A program made the position numbers and the translations under genes. Source: Planctomycetota bacterium (lineage in GTDB: Bacteria > Planctomycetota > GCA-002687715 > DRQF01). Taken from it: a DNA stretch of 37,293 bases. Below are positions 9,707 through 18,814 of the stretch, piece by piece. The stretch's first letter is position 1; each line of letters opens with the position of its first letter. The notes beneath the pieces were generated by a model. The model made no database searches and was not told the origin of the DNA. It was given only the letters and a program-made list of their open reading frames with translations. The stretch spans positions 1 through 37,293 of the forward strand of contig JALTLO010000135.1 of assembly GCA_027001995.1 (NCBI GenBank). The letters are read 5' to 3'.

Positions 9707-10951
9707 TTAGCGGTTTTCGCGAAAAGTGCGTTCAACAAGAGCCATGACTTCGATCAAAGAGATGCCCGAAGCCTTGGCTAATCGATCACAATCGACGAAT
9801 TCTGGAGTGGCTTTGATCACTTCCCCGTGGAGGATGCCTAGCTTGATCCGAGCGCCTCCCAGGGGTGTGTGAACCGTGACCACTTGGCGCTCCAAAGATC
9901 TCCGCTGCGTGTCATGGCGGCGAACTCCAAATGTCGAAGTCGACCTCAGGATAATATCTTCCAGGTGCGAAGCCTTGTCAGGAGTCGCAACAACGGTCAG
10001 CAAGAACCCTGGACGGTTTTTCTTCATTTGAACCGATTGGATCAGAACGTCGAGGGCACCGGCATCCTCCAAGAGTTGGCGCGCTTGCCCCATGATCTCG
10101 CCACTGCAATCATCAACTTGAGTTTCGAGTACCGTGATGGTTTCTCTTGAGGTGCATGGATCTTCCCCCGCTGAGACACGAAAGAGCTGAGCTCTCACAA
10201 CATTCGGTGGGTCAGCTCGATCGGCTGTTCCAGCCCCATATCCTATGGCCTGAAGAACCAAGTCACCACAGGGGTGAAAGTCGTCCACGAGCACCTTGAG
10301 AATTGCGGCTCCCGTTGGTGTCAGAAGTTCGTCTTCCACCTCCGTCCTTCGTACCGGAAGCCCAAGCAAGATCTCGGCGGTTGCCGGCGCCGGAATTGGA
10401 ACTTCACCATGCGCCATTCGCCTGACGCCTCGGCCAATACCGATCGCCGAGCATGTCACTCTTGAAATACCCAAAAGCTCAACAGCTAAAGCCGCAGCAC
10501 AAACGTCGACAATGCTATCGATGGCACCCACTTCATGAAAATGAACCTCTTCCACGGAGGTTCCATGAACTCGCGCTTCAGCTTCGGCGATTGTTCTGAA
10601 GATGGCCAAAGCCCGCGCTTCCGTCCCTGGGGAGAATTGCCCCCGACGAATGGTTTCGATGATCCTACGATAACTACGTCCGTGACTATGGCTATGAGAC
10701 GACTGGTGGTCGTGGAAACGATCTTCCGTCTGCTCACGGCCCTCTGCGGTGATGTGTACTGCAACATGGCAAGCCCGAATGGCCCCCCTCTTGACTTCCT
10801 CCGATGTGATTCGAAAGTTATCAAGGGGGAGCTTTCGCAATTCGTTTTCGAGCACCTGGAGATCGAGACCACAGTCGATGAGGGCGGCCACAAACATATC
10901 CCCAGCCATGCCAGATGACGGGTCTAGATGGAGCCCAAGATCTCCGCACAA
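9707..10951 (-). CDS. larC: Nickel pincer nucleotide cofactor nickel insertase LarC
   Basis: SGMAGDM, His-rich HDHQSSHSHSHGR, VHFHEVGAIDSIVD, PAPATAEIL, TPTGAAIL, ETQVDD, MKKNRPG, STFGVR. Confidence 0.95.
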   Translation of the reverse strand: MCGDLGLHLDPSSGMAGDMFVAALIDCGLDLQVLENELRKLPLDNFRITSEEVKRGAIRACHVAVHITAEGREQTEDRFHDHQSSHSHSHGRSYRRIIETIRRGQFSPGTEARALAIFRTIAEAEARVHGTSVEEVHFHEVGAIDSIVDVCAAALAVELLGISRVTCSAIGIGRGVRRMAHGEVPIPAPATAEILLGLPVRRTEVEDELLTPTGAAILKVLVDDFHPCGDLVLQAIGYGAGTADRADPPNVVRAQLFRVSAGEDPCTSRETITVLETQVDDCSGEIMGQARQLLEDAGALDVLIQSVQMKKNRPGFLLTVVATPDKASHLEDIILRSTSTFGVRRHDTQRRSLERQVVTVHTPLGGARIKLGILHGEVIKATPEFVDCDRLAKASGISLIEVMALVERTFRENR

Positions 10952-10964
10952 AGATTTATGAGAG

Positions 10965-12296
10965 TTAATCTTCAGGATCTCCGAGTATGTCCATGAGTCG
11001 TTGCTTGCACACCTTCATGGTCTCATCGTCGTCGGCTTCCACGTTCAGGCGCAACAAAGGTTCCGTATTGCTCTTTCGTACATTGAACCACCAATGATCA
11101 TATTCAACGGTAATGCCATCGAGATCGGAGAATTTGCCATCGGAGAATTCTTCTTTGAGGCGAGCAATCATCCCGTCTTTGTCTTCGATATGAAAATTAA
11201 CTTCGCCAGTAGCCGGATAGCGAAGTAGTGGTTTCGCCAGTTCAGAGAGCTTCTTGCCATCGCGTTGCATGATCTCGAGAACAAGCAACATGGCAATCAC
11301 ACCACTGTCCGAAGTGAAGTTGTCTTTGAAATAGTAGTGTCCTGAAAGTTCACCACCGAAGACGGCATCCTTTGCCCGCATGGTTGCTTTGATGAAGCTA
11401 TGGCCCACTCTTTCCTTGATGGGAACACCACCAGCAGCTTCCACTTCTTCGGCAACAACCCGACTCGAGCGCAGGTCATAGACCACGTGAGCACCGGGGT
11501 GGCGATTGAGCATCTCCTTGGCAACAATGGCCGTCATGATGTCGTTGGCAACAATTTCGCCGTTTTCATCAACGAAGGCACAGCGATCAGCATCCCCATC
11601 ATAGGCCAAACCAATGTCAGCTCCGTTTTCTTTTACCTTGGCCATCACGTCCAACATGTTCTCAACTTTGAGAGGGTTGGCTTCATGATTGGGGAATGTG
11701 CCGTCCAACTTGAAGTATAGGCAATCCGCATCAATCTGCAAGCGCTCTAAGACTGGCGGCAATTCAAAGCCTGCCATGCCGTTGCCCGCATCAATCACGC
11801 ACTTTAGGTCGATCTTCGTCTTGATGAATGACGCCACGTGATCGACATAACCTGTGCCTATGGCCACGTCTTTTCGGCTACCTGGCTGGTCCACCGGAGC
11901 AGGCAAGTCTTGAGCACAAGCATTTTCCATCTCGACAATGCCCGTGTCGTAACCCACAGGAACACATCCTGCCCGACAGAATTTCATCCCGATGTATTGG
12001 GAAGGATTGTGAGAAGCGGTGATTTGCACACCACCGTTAACTCCCATGCTTCCGATAGCATAATAGGTCATGGGCGTTGACGCCAAGCCAATGAATATCA
12101 CATCGGCCCCCTGGGATTGAGCCCCTTTCATGAATGCTTCCGAAATACTCGGAGCGCAATCGCGCATATCATGCCCAACAACAATGGGCCCACCGCCAAT
12201 GAGCTTGACGAAACTTGCCCCAATTTTTTCAGCTAAGGTCTCATCAATCTCTTCGCCGTAGATACCGCGAACGTCGTAAGCTTTGAAAACACTCAT
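10965..12296 (-). CDS. Phosphomannomutase/phosphoglucomutase
   Basis: FKAYDVRG, ITASHNP (catalytic Ser), DGDADR metal loop, GGELSGH, RKSNTEP. Confidence 0.95.
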   Translation of the reverse strand: MSVFKAYDVRGIYGEEIDETLAEKIGASFVKLIGGGPIVVGHDMRDCAPSISEAFMKGAQSQGADVIFIGLASTPMTYYAIGSMGVNGGVQITASHNPSQYIGMKFCRAGCVPVGYDTGIVEMENACAQDLPAPVDQPGSRKDVAIGTGYVDHVASFIKTKIDLKCVIDAGNGMAGFELPPVLERLQIDADCLYFKLDGTFPNHEANPLKVENMLDVMAKVKENGADIGLAYDGDADRCAFVDENGEIVANDIMTAIVAKEMLNRHPGAHVVYDLRSSRVVAEEVEAAGGVPIKERVGHSFIKATMRAKDAVFGGELSGHYYFKDNFTSDSGVIAMLLVLEIMQRDGKKLSELAKPLLRYPATGEVNFHIEDKDGMIARLKEEFSDGKFSDLDGITVEYDHWWFNVRKSNTEPLLRLNVEADDDETMKVCKQRLMDILGDPED

Positions 12297-12305
12297 CTTT
12301 TTCTC

Positions 12306-13322
12306 CTAAGGCAATGATACGGCGAGAACGCGATCCACGTCCCTATCGTCAATATCTTTGTGGGTAACAAATCTCAAGGTGTCATCATTCAATGCCAAGG
12401 TCAAGACATCATGGGCTGCACACGCGTCAACGAAACGATGAGCCCTTCCAGGACAAGTGACATAGACAAGGTTTGTGTCGGGCATCACTACATCAAATCC
12501 ATCTTTGGCGTTAAGCCCAGAGGCCAAGGTCTTAGCACGCCGATGGTCATCGACTAAGCGACTCCTCATATCGCGCAGAGCCAACAACCCAGCGGCCGCA
12601 ATGACCCCAGCTTGGCGCATCCCGCCGCCGAATAGCTTTCGGACACGACGAGCAGCGCAAATGAACTCCCTGTTGCCCACAAGAACTGTTCCAACAGGAG
12701 CGGCAAGTCCCTTCGAAAGACAACAAGAAAGCGAGTCAGCGCAGGCCCCATAGTCAGCCAAAGAAATGCCTGTCTCCGCAGCGGCGTTGCAAATCCGCGC
12801 TCCATCGATATGCAATTTCAGTTGATGGCGGGCAGCAAAATCCTTGGCGGCTTCCATGTAATCAATTGGAAGAATGGCACCACCTGCTGAATTGTGAGTG
12901 TTTTCAAGAACAAGAAGACTCGTGACAGGAAAATGAGGATCATCCCCCCGCACCAAAGTTTCGAGTTCTTCGATGGGCATCACCCCCCGCTGACCTCTAA
13001 CCGCTCGCGCCTGAAGACCTGACAGTTGTGCCAAGCCTCCCTGTTCATAGAGAAAAATGTGGCTCGTTGCTTCCAACAAGACTTCTCCGTCGCGCTCACA
13101 ATGGAGACGGCAAGCAATCTGATTGGCCATGGTTCCCGATGGCACATAAATGGCCGATTCTTTGCCGAATGTTCGAGCTGCGTAGTCCTCCAACTCTAAG
13201 ACACTGGGATCATCACCAAAAACATCGTCTCCCACTGGTGCGTCTGCCATCGCCTTATACATGCCCTCGGTAGGACGGGTCACGGTGTCGCTACGAAAAT
13301 CTGAATTGCCTTGAAAACCCAT
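12306..13322 (-). CDS. ltaE: Low-specificity L-threonine aldolase
   Basis: DFRSDTVTRP, GDDVFGDDP, PSGTMANQ, ENTHN, HIDGARI, LSKGLAAPVG, GGGMRQAG. Confidence 0.95.
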   Translation of the reverse strand: MGFQGNSDFRSDTVTRPTEGMYKAMADAPVGDDVFGDDPSVLELEDYAARTFGKESAIYVPSGTMANQIACRLHCERDGEVLLEATSHIFLYEQGGLAQLSGLQARAVRGQRGVMPIEELETLVRGDDPHFPVTSLLVLENTHNSAGGAILPIDYMEAAKDFAARHQLKLHIDGARICNAAAETGISLADYGACADSLSCCLSKGLAAPVGTVLVGNREFICAARRVRKLFGGGMRQAGVIAAAGLLALRDMRSRLVDDHRRAKTLASGLNAKDGFDVVMPDTNLVYVTCPGRAHRFVDACAAHDVLTLALNDDTLRFVTHKDIDDRDVDRVLAVSLP

Positions 13323-13334
13323 GACAAACTCCGC

Positions 13335-14501
13335 TCAGAGAACTTTCGCAATTCGGTCAAGAGCCCGACTGATGTTCTCTCTTGAGTTAGCAAAGGAAAG
13401 GCGCAAGAAACCCTCACCGTGTTTTCCAAAGGCAGTTCCAGGCAAAACGGCAACCCCCGCATCATAGAGAATGCTGTTGGCTAAGGTTGCCGCATCTCTT
13501 CCTGTTCCTTCGATATTTGGGAAGACATAGAAAGCCCCCCCTGGCAAAGCGCATCGAACTCCAGGCAATGCGTTTAAACCATCAACAATCAGTTTGCTTC
13601 GGGCTTCGAACTCAGCCACCATTTCTTCCACCGGCCCTTGATCTCCAGTCAAGGCTTCGATGCCAGCGATCTGAGTAAAACTCGCTGTGCATGAGTTGAA
13701 GTTAATGGCAATCTGCGTCATTCGTTCGGCCAACGCCACTGGCATCACACCGTAACCAAGGCGCCAACCCGTCATCGAATAGGTTTTCGAGAATCCATCT
13801 AAAATACAAGTTCTGTCCAACATGCCCTCCACTTTGGTGATGGAGAAGAAACTCGTATCGCCGTAGAGGATGCGTGAGTAAATTTCGTCAGCGAGGACGA
13901 AGACATCGTGTTTCTTACAAATCTCTGCGACTTCCCGCAAAAGTTCGTCAGACAAAGCACCACCAGTTGGATTACCAGGAGAGTTAAGGATGATCAACTT
14001 CGTCTTGTCGGTGATGAGAGCTTCAACTGTAGCGGCATCAAAACCGAACCCCTTGTCTTCCAGTAAAGGAAGTGGGACAGCCTTGCCGCCCAAGAACTCG
14101 ATCATCGATTCGTAGATGGGAAAACCCGGATTGGGATAAATGACTTCATCGCCCTCACCAATCAAAGCCAACATCAAATAAGACATGACTGGTTTCGCGC
14201 CGGGAAAAACCACAACATTTTCCGGCCCGACGGAGATGCCTCGGGTCTGGTTTATTTCGTTGGCAATCGCCTGACGGAACTCCGGCAATCCCGCCGCAGG
14301 TCCGTAGTGAGTAAAGCCATCCCTGAGGGCCTTGGCCCCAGCTTCCACAATGTTCGCTGGAGTATCATAGTCAGGCTCGCCAATTTCCAAATGGATAATG
14401 TCCTTGCCATCAGCTTCGAGAGCTTTTGCCCTAGCCAGGACTTCGAACGCACTCTCCGTGCCTAAGCGGTTCATTCGGTCAGCAAATTTTAGGTCGGTCA
14501 T
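13335..14501 (-). CDS. PLP-dependent aminotransferase class I/II (aspartate aminotransferase-like)
   Basis: IGEPD, NSPGNPTG, DEIY, GFSKTYSMTGWRLGY, GAFYVF, LRLSFA. Confidence 0.95.
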   Translation of the reverse strand: MTDLKFADRMNRLGTESAFEVLARAKALEADGKDIIHLEIGEPDYDTPANIVEAGAKALRDGFTHYGPAAGLPEFRQAIANEINQTRGISVGPENVVVFPGAKPVMSYLMLALIGEGDEVIYPNPGFPIYESMIEFLGGKAVPLPLLEDKGFGFDAATVEALITDKTKLIILNSPGNPTGGALSDELLREVAEICKKHDVFVLADEIYSRILYGDTSFFSITKVEGMLDRTCILDGFSKTYSMTGWRLGYGVMPVALAERMTQIAINFNSCTASFTQIAGIEALTGDQGPVEEMVAEFEARSKLIVDGLNALPGVRCALPGGAFYVFPNIEGTGRDAATLANSILYDAGVAVLPGTAFGKHGEGFLRLSFANSRENISRALDRIAKVL

Positions 14502-14686
14502 GGCAAACTCTCAGCTATCAATGAGTTACTGCAATCTAAGTGCGCAACGATGAGGAATATCGGGATCGTTCGATTCGAGCCAAAGGATAAGCATCAGGAG
14601 GGGAATCGTCAATGTCCGCTCTGGTGAGCCAGGATTTCAGTTCAGGCCAGTCGAATTGAGGGGCATCCAGGAAGACAGTAGCTTGA

Positions 14687-15952
14687 TTACCTGAGTTCGT
14701 CCCCCCGGGCTGCCTTGCCCTTGAGTAAGCGCAGCGTGGTCATACCGCCAGTGACCTCCAGGGTTTCGACGCGCCCAACGACTCGACCTTTCCGAATCAC
14801 GGACAAGCGGCTTCCTGGTTGGATATTGACCTGAGGTTTAATCTGAGAAAACACGATGCCTTGGCCCTGATCAAAGCCCATGACCTTACCAAGAACGAAA
14901 CGCTCGTCAGAAGCCTGAACTTGAACTTGGACCAGGATGTCGACGGTGAGTTCTGGAGTTGATTCTGGCTCATTTGCGAAGGGCAACACAATGCCGGAAA
15001 CACGGAACCCTGCTTCCTCCGGCCCTAAGACAATACGGTCAGAAGCCCAGCGAAGAGAGACAATCTCTGGGCTTTCAATAAGGTAATCCCTTCCAAGTAA
15101 GGTCACCTTTTTCCTCATCACAGGTTGAATCAAGACACCCAAACCAAAATCACAATTCACAACAATTTCCCGAGCCCCAGGCAAGAGCAATGCTGCTACG
15201 CTTCCTTGCAAACCTTCGTAAGCGGTTTTGATTTCCGGTACGACAATGTCGCCAGACTCCAAGTGTTCAACCTTCACTTGTCGCAGAAATTTTCTAGGTT
15301 TGAGATCGCGCTTGCGGTCCCTTCTTCCATTCCACAAGAGATAGGACAAATGCCTCAAAGATCCTTGAAACGTCGGCAGCAAGATGTCCAAAGACTCCTG
15401 AGTCAAACACTCAACCTTGATTTCATGGGGATCGCCGGGGGATGATTTTCGGGTCAACAAGTGGCAATCCACTATGATCCGGGTTTCTCTCAAACTGAGA
15501 AGCTCGTGAATCCACTTCTCTGCCGTCGCCAGGGCTTTCTTGTCGCCATAGATCTCCAGATCTCTGCGGCTTGACGAGACCAAATCAACTCCCGTGTCAC
15601 GAGACAGGATCGTCTCAAGCATTTCGACTCGTTCAATGCCAGGGAAGCGCTGGGGTAGGTCTTGCCGCAGCCAATCAACAAGAAAACTGGGACGATCAAC
15701 CTGGATTCGCCCTTTCTCATCCATGGTCACAGGTTGCAAAGGCTCAAAAGGAACCCGGAGGCGCCCCCGCCCACCGCCAAGATCAATGGTCCGGGCCCCA
15801 CCACGGGAATCCAAAACCACATTTTGCCCACTTGGGGACGGAGACACTTCCGGACTCCTTTTGACCTTGTCAACCTGCGCCGAAACCCTGAGCGCCGAAA
15901 TGGCTAAAAGCAGGAGTCCGAGATGTGCGTACTTGGAAATCGACCCCATCAT
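14687..15952 (-). CDS. Exported hypothetical protein, secretin-like, paralog of 16440..17651
   Basis: Signal peptide ending VSA-Q; collinear shared motifs with 16440..17651. ATG 15952 overlaps the upstream stop (ATGA). The secretin resemblance is my inference. Confidence 0.6.
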   Translation of the reverse strand: MMGSISKYAHLGLLLLAISALRVSAQVDKVKRSPEVSPSPSGQNVVLDSRGGARTIDLGGGRGRLRVPFEPLQPVTMDEKGRIQVDRPSFLVDWLRQDLPQRFPGIERVEMLETILSRDTGVDLVSSSRRDLEIYGDKKALATAEKWIHELLSLRETRIIVDCHLLTRKSSPGDPHEIKVECLTQESLDILLPTFQGSLRHLSYLLWNGRRDRKRDLKPRKFLRQVKVEHLESGDIVVPEIKTAYEGLQGSVAALLLPGAREIVVNCDFGLGVLIQPVMRKKVTLLGRDYLIESPEIVSLRWASDRIVLGPEEAGFRVSGIVLPFANEPESTPELTVDILVQVQVQASDERFVLGKVMGFDQGQGIVFSQIKPQVNIQPGSRLSVIRKGRVVGRVETLEVTGGMTTLRLLKGKAARGDELR

Positions 15953-16443
15953 CGGATCCACTCCATTTCTCCATGAGGAGAATCTCTACGGGAACCCAGG
16001 GAGCCAAACGCCCCAACAGACCTGGTGGAGACTGCCTGGTTAGCAGAGATATGGGTCCTTCCGAATTCGACCGTCGAATAATGCTCAGGTAAGATACGAG
16101 AAGGGAGGGTTAGAGGCACATCTTCGGCCACGTCCACCTCAACTTCACCTTCGCCGCCAAATCCCCGCTCGACCAAGAAAAGGGAGGTGACAGCCATCAT
16201 GAATACGGCAGCACAAGCCATTATGGTCCACCGGAATGAACGTTTCGAAGTTTCGGGAATCTTCGAATCCACTTCGGAGAGTTGTCCATAGAACCAAGAG
16301 AGTTCCGGTGCCTTTTCCTGACAATCGACACAGTTTGATAGATGCGCGGAGATAGCCACTTTGTCTGGCTTCGTGTCGACCCCTTCAAGACTCAAGAGAG
16401 CATCAATGTCGCTGCACGTCATGTCATGGTTCTTCTTGGTCAC
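15949..16443 (-). CDS. Zinc-binding (ZAS/zf-HC2) membrane anti-sigma factor
   Basis: MTC...HLSNCVDC (HxxxCxxC), a single TM helix (WTIMACAAVFMMAVTSLFLV) and a short extracytoplasmic tail; in the ECF sigma operon. Confidence 0.8.
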   Translation of the reverse strand: MTKKNHDMTCSDIDALLSLEGVDTKPDKVAISAHLSNCVDCQEKAPELSWFYGQLSEVDSKIPETSKRSFRWTIMACAAVFMMAVTSLFLVERGFGGEGEVEVDVAEDVPLTLPSRILPEHYSTVEFGRTHISANQAVSTRSVGAFGSLGSRRDSPHGEMEWIR

Positions 16444-17651
16444 CGGATTTGATCTCCCGCGATGACTTCACCTTCATCCACATAGACAGTGACAACATTG
16501 CCAATCATCTCAACCACGCGGCCTTTGGCAATCGAAGCATTGTGCCGCAAGAACTCTATCTTCATGTCTTTTTCGAATGAGACTGATTGGGTCACTTGGA
16601 CAAAAGCGAGCTTGGTAGCCCGATCATAACCCTGAACCGAGCCCAAAATACGTTCTCCAGACAAGCGTTCCACATCAAAACGAACAATCAGAACAACCTC
16701 AGCTTTGCGACCAACCCCGGCCAATTGGGTGACATCTCGCAGGCGAATGCCAGAGACGACAAAACCCGCATGTTTAGTGCCACATACTAAGCCCTCTGAA
16801 TTCCAACTGGTCTCCGCCAAGATGGGCTTTTCAATGACTAATTCCCGATCATCCCAGCCGACCTTGCCGCGAAACTTAGGAATAGGTCTCTGAACTTGAA
16901 CGAACTTAAAATGGGAATCGATGAAAACGCTCTTTGCAGGCGAATCGTAGACCGCTCCTATGGACCAAGTCATTCCTTCTTTGAAATTGTCTACAACGGG
17001 CTCCAAGAACAGTCGATCCCCAGCTTGTGAGAGTTTGTAGTCCTTCACATAGCTCACCCTCGACCCGGCGCTCATAGAAGCACTTCGGCCATTGAGAAAT
17101 TCCAAACCGCCCGTCTCAATCATGGTTGCGGATTCGTCCCTAGCGATTTCTTCCAGCCTTTGTTCAAGCTGACTTTGCCCAAGGAGTTTGACTTGAGTGG
17201 AAGGGGGGCGTTTCTGCTCAACAGGAAAACGAACAATGGCCGCCCAGATTTTGAATTTCAAGGTACGCATGGGCTCAGCAAGAACCCGTCGAATCACCGC
17301 ACTGGCCGCTTCCACCGATGAGGTCGGGCCGACGATCTCAAGAAATCGCTCAGCGGTTGCTGCGCACCCCGATGGACTGGTTCGAACCAAAGCTCGGTCA
17401 ACAATGTCGACGCCAGAAAGATCCGGAAACAACCGGGGTAATTCTTTCTGCAACCACTGATCGCGAAACTCAACTCTACCGAGGCTGACCGAACCTGTAT
17501 TTTTTGCAGCCGGGACACCTCGCCTTTCAACGATGGTGCAGCGAAGTCGGCTTCTCCCCAGCCCCACCGACTCCAGCTGGAAATTAACGTTCTGGGCACT
17601 GGAAGAAGAGGCGGTTAGCAACACGAAGAAAACCACAGACAGGGCTCTCAC
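16440..17651 (-). CDS. Exported hypothetical protein, secretin-like
   Basis: Signal peptide ending SSA-Q; LEIVG...IRRVL, LNGRSA...SYVKDY...EPVVDNFKEG; small C-terminal beta domain ending GDQIR. GTG start overlaps the sigma stop. Confidence 0.6.
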   Translation of the reverse strand: MRALSVVFFVLLTASSSSAQNVNFQLESVGLGRSRLRCTIVERRGVPAAKNTGSVSLGRVEFRDQWLQKELPRLFPDLSGVDIVDRALVRTSPSGCAATAERFLEIVGPTSSVEAASAVIRRVLAEPMRTLKFKIWAAIVRFPVEQKRPPSTQVKLLGQSQLEQRLEEIARDESATMIETGGLEFLNGRSASMSAGSRVSYVKDYKLSQAGDRLFLEPVVDNFKEGMTWSIGAVYDSPAKSVFIDSHFKFVQVQRPIPKFRGKVGWDDRELVIEKPILAETSWNSEGLVCGTKHAGFVVSGIRLRDVTQLAGVGRKAEVVLIVRFDVERLSGERILGSVQGYDRATKLAFVQVTQSVSFEKDMKIEFLRHNASIAKGRVVEMIGNVVTVYVDEGEVIAGDQIR

Positions 17652-18130
17652 GCTCTCTCCTCCATTTGGTCCGCATCCGTCAACTTGCGTTTGAGTTTAC
17701 CTCGAGCTCGAAACATCCAAGTCTTAACTGTCCCCGTGGGAACTCGAAGCTGCTCAGCGATCTCTTTAACGGAACATTCTTCCCAGAAGAAAAGGACCAA
17801 ACAGGCCCTTTCCTCCCAATTGAGACAATTGAGATCAACCTCAATAGAGGGCACATGAACCTCTGACGAGGGTTCGACAATCAACCCTGTTTCCATGCGA
17901 CCATTGCGCTGGGCAATGCGAATTCTGTCTATTGCCTTGCGCACAGTCGTTTTGCGAATAAATGGCCAAGGATCTCTGCCCCATTTCAGCCGCTCCACAG
18001 CCCGCCACATGGAGAACCACACCTCTTGACAAGCATCCTGGGCATCATCTTCATTGACCAAGATCCGGCGACATAGTGACAAGACGCGGCCTTGATATTG
18101 CTGAATCAGATTGTCGATTGGTTTGCTAAT
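17648..18130 (-). CDS. ECF-type sigma-70 factor
   Basis: Region 2 LIQQYQGRVLSLCRRIL...DAQDACQEVW; region 4 SVKEIAEQLRVPTGTVKTWMFRAR. Start extended from TTG 18082 to ATT 18130, which has AAGGAG 7 nt upstream. Confidence 0.9.
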   Translation of the reverse strand: MSKPIDNLIQQYQGRVLSLCRRILVNEDDAQDACQEVWFSMWRAVERLKWGRDPWPFIRKTTVRKAIDRIRIAQRNGRMETGLIVEPSSEVHVPSIEVDLNCLNWEERACLVLFFWEECSVKEIAEQLRVPTGTVKTWMFRARGKLKRKLTDADQMEERA

Positions 18131-18159
18131 GGTTTTTCTCCTTTGACTTCGCCAAATAC

Positions 18160-18186
18160 TACGCTAATCCCCCCCATTGGGTTTCA
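18160..18186 (-). promoter_or_regulatory. Putative ECF-type autoregulatory promoter
   Basis: Minus strand TGAAAC-N17-CGTA, 30 nt upstream of the sigma start; matches the general ECF AAC/CGT pattern. Confidence 0.6.
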
Positions 18187-18313
18187 AGTCTTTCTTTCCG
18201 AGACAAGTCCACTGCCATGAGAGAGACGAAGGAAAGCCGCATTTACTTCAAATGCCGAAAATCCCGGCCCATCATCACAATTGTCGGTCAATTGAAGAAA
18301 AAGAGGCCTTGAA

Positions 18314-18331
18314 CTCCTAAAAATTTAGGAG
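18314..18331. promoter_or_regulatory. Putative BlaI-family operator 1
   Basis: Inverted repeat CTCCTA-AAAATT-TAGGAG upstream of the BlaI-like gene. Confidence 0.8.
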
Positions 18332-18354
18332 AACACTGGACACGGAGAAATTAA

Positions 18355-18372
18355 CTCCTAAAACAATAGGAG
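18355..18372. promoter_or_regulatory. Putative BlaI-family operator 2
   Basis: Inverted repeat CTCCTA-AAACAA-TAGGAG, 41 bp after operator 1. Confidence 0.8.
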
Positions 18373-18397
18373 ATAGTGACCCCATTGAGGAATATCC

Positions 18398-18814
18398 ATG
18401 GCAACACGAAAATCAACAGAGTTACTCACCAAGCTTGAGCTATCGGTCATGCGCGTCATCTGGGACTCCCAGGGCGACCCCATGACAGTGCGAGAAGTCA
18501 CAGAGCTGATCAATCGCGGCCAAACAAAGGCTCTGGCCTACAATACCGTCCAAACTGTTTTGACCATTTTGCGTGACAAAGGCTTCGTCAAAACCAAACG
18601 AGGCCCTTCCCGGGCACACCTCTTCATGGCCAAGAAAGAACGGGGTCAAGTCAGCGCCAAGATGATCGGGGACTTAGTAGAACGGCTGTTCGACGGAAAA
18701 GTCGAACCCCTGCTCCACCACCTGGTGGACGACGAAGCTCTCTCCCGGACTGCGTTAGAAGATCTGCGGTCATTCATCGAATCCAAATTGGATGATGGGG
18801 AGGAAAAACAATGA
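18398..18814 (+). CDS. BlaI/MecI/CopY family transcriptional repressor
   Basis: LTKLELSVMRVIW, TVREV, LAYNTVQTVLTILRDKGFV, LVERLFDG..LLHHLV; paired with an M56 gene. Confidence 0.95.
   Translation: MATRKSTELLTKLELSVMRVIWDSQGDPMTVREVTELINRGQTKALAYNTVQTVLTILRDKGFVKTKRGPSRAHLFMAKKERGQVSAKMIGDLVERLFDGKVEPLLHHLVDDEALSRTALEDLRSFIESKLDDGEEKQ

Noticed and set aside
9707..10951. Programmed frameshift splitting larC
   Set aside because: Both LarC halves are in one uninterrupted frame.
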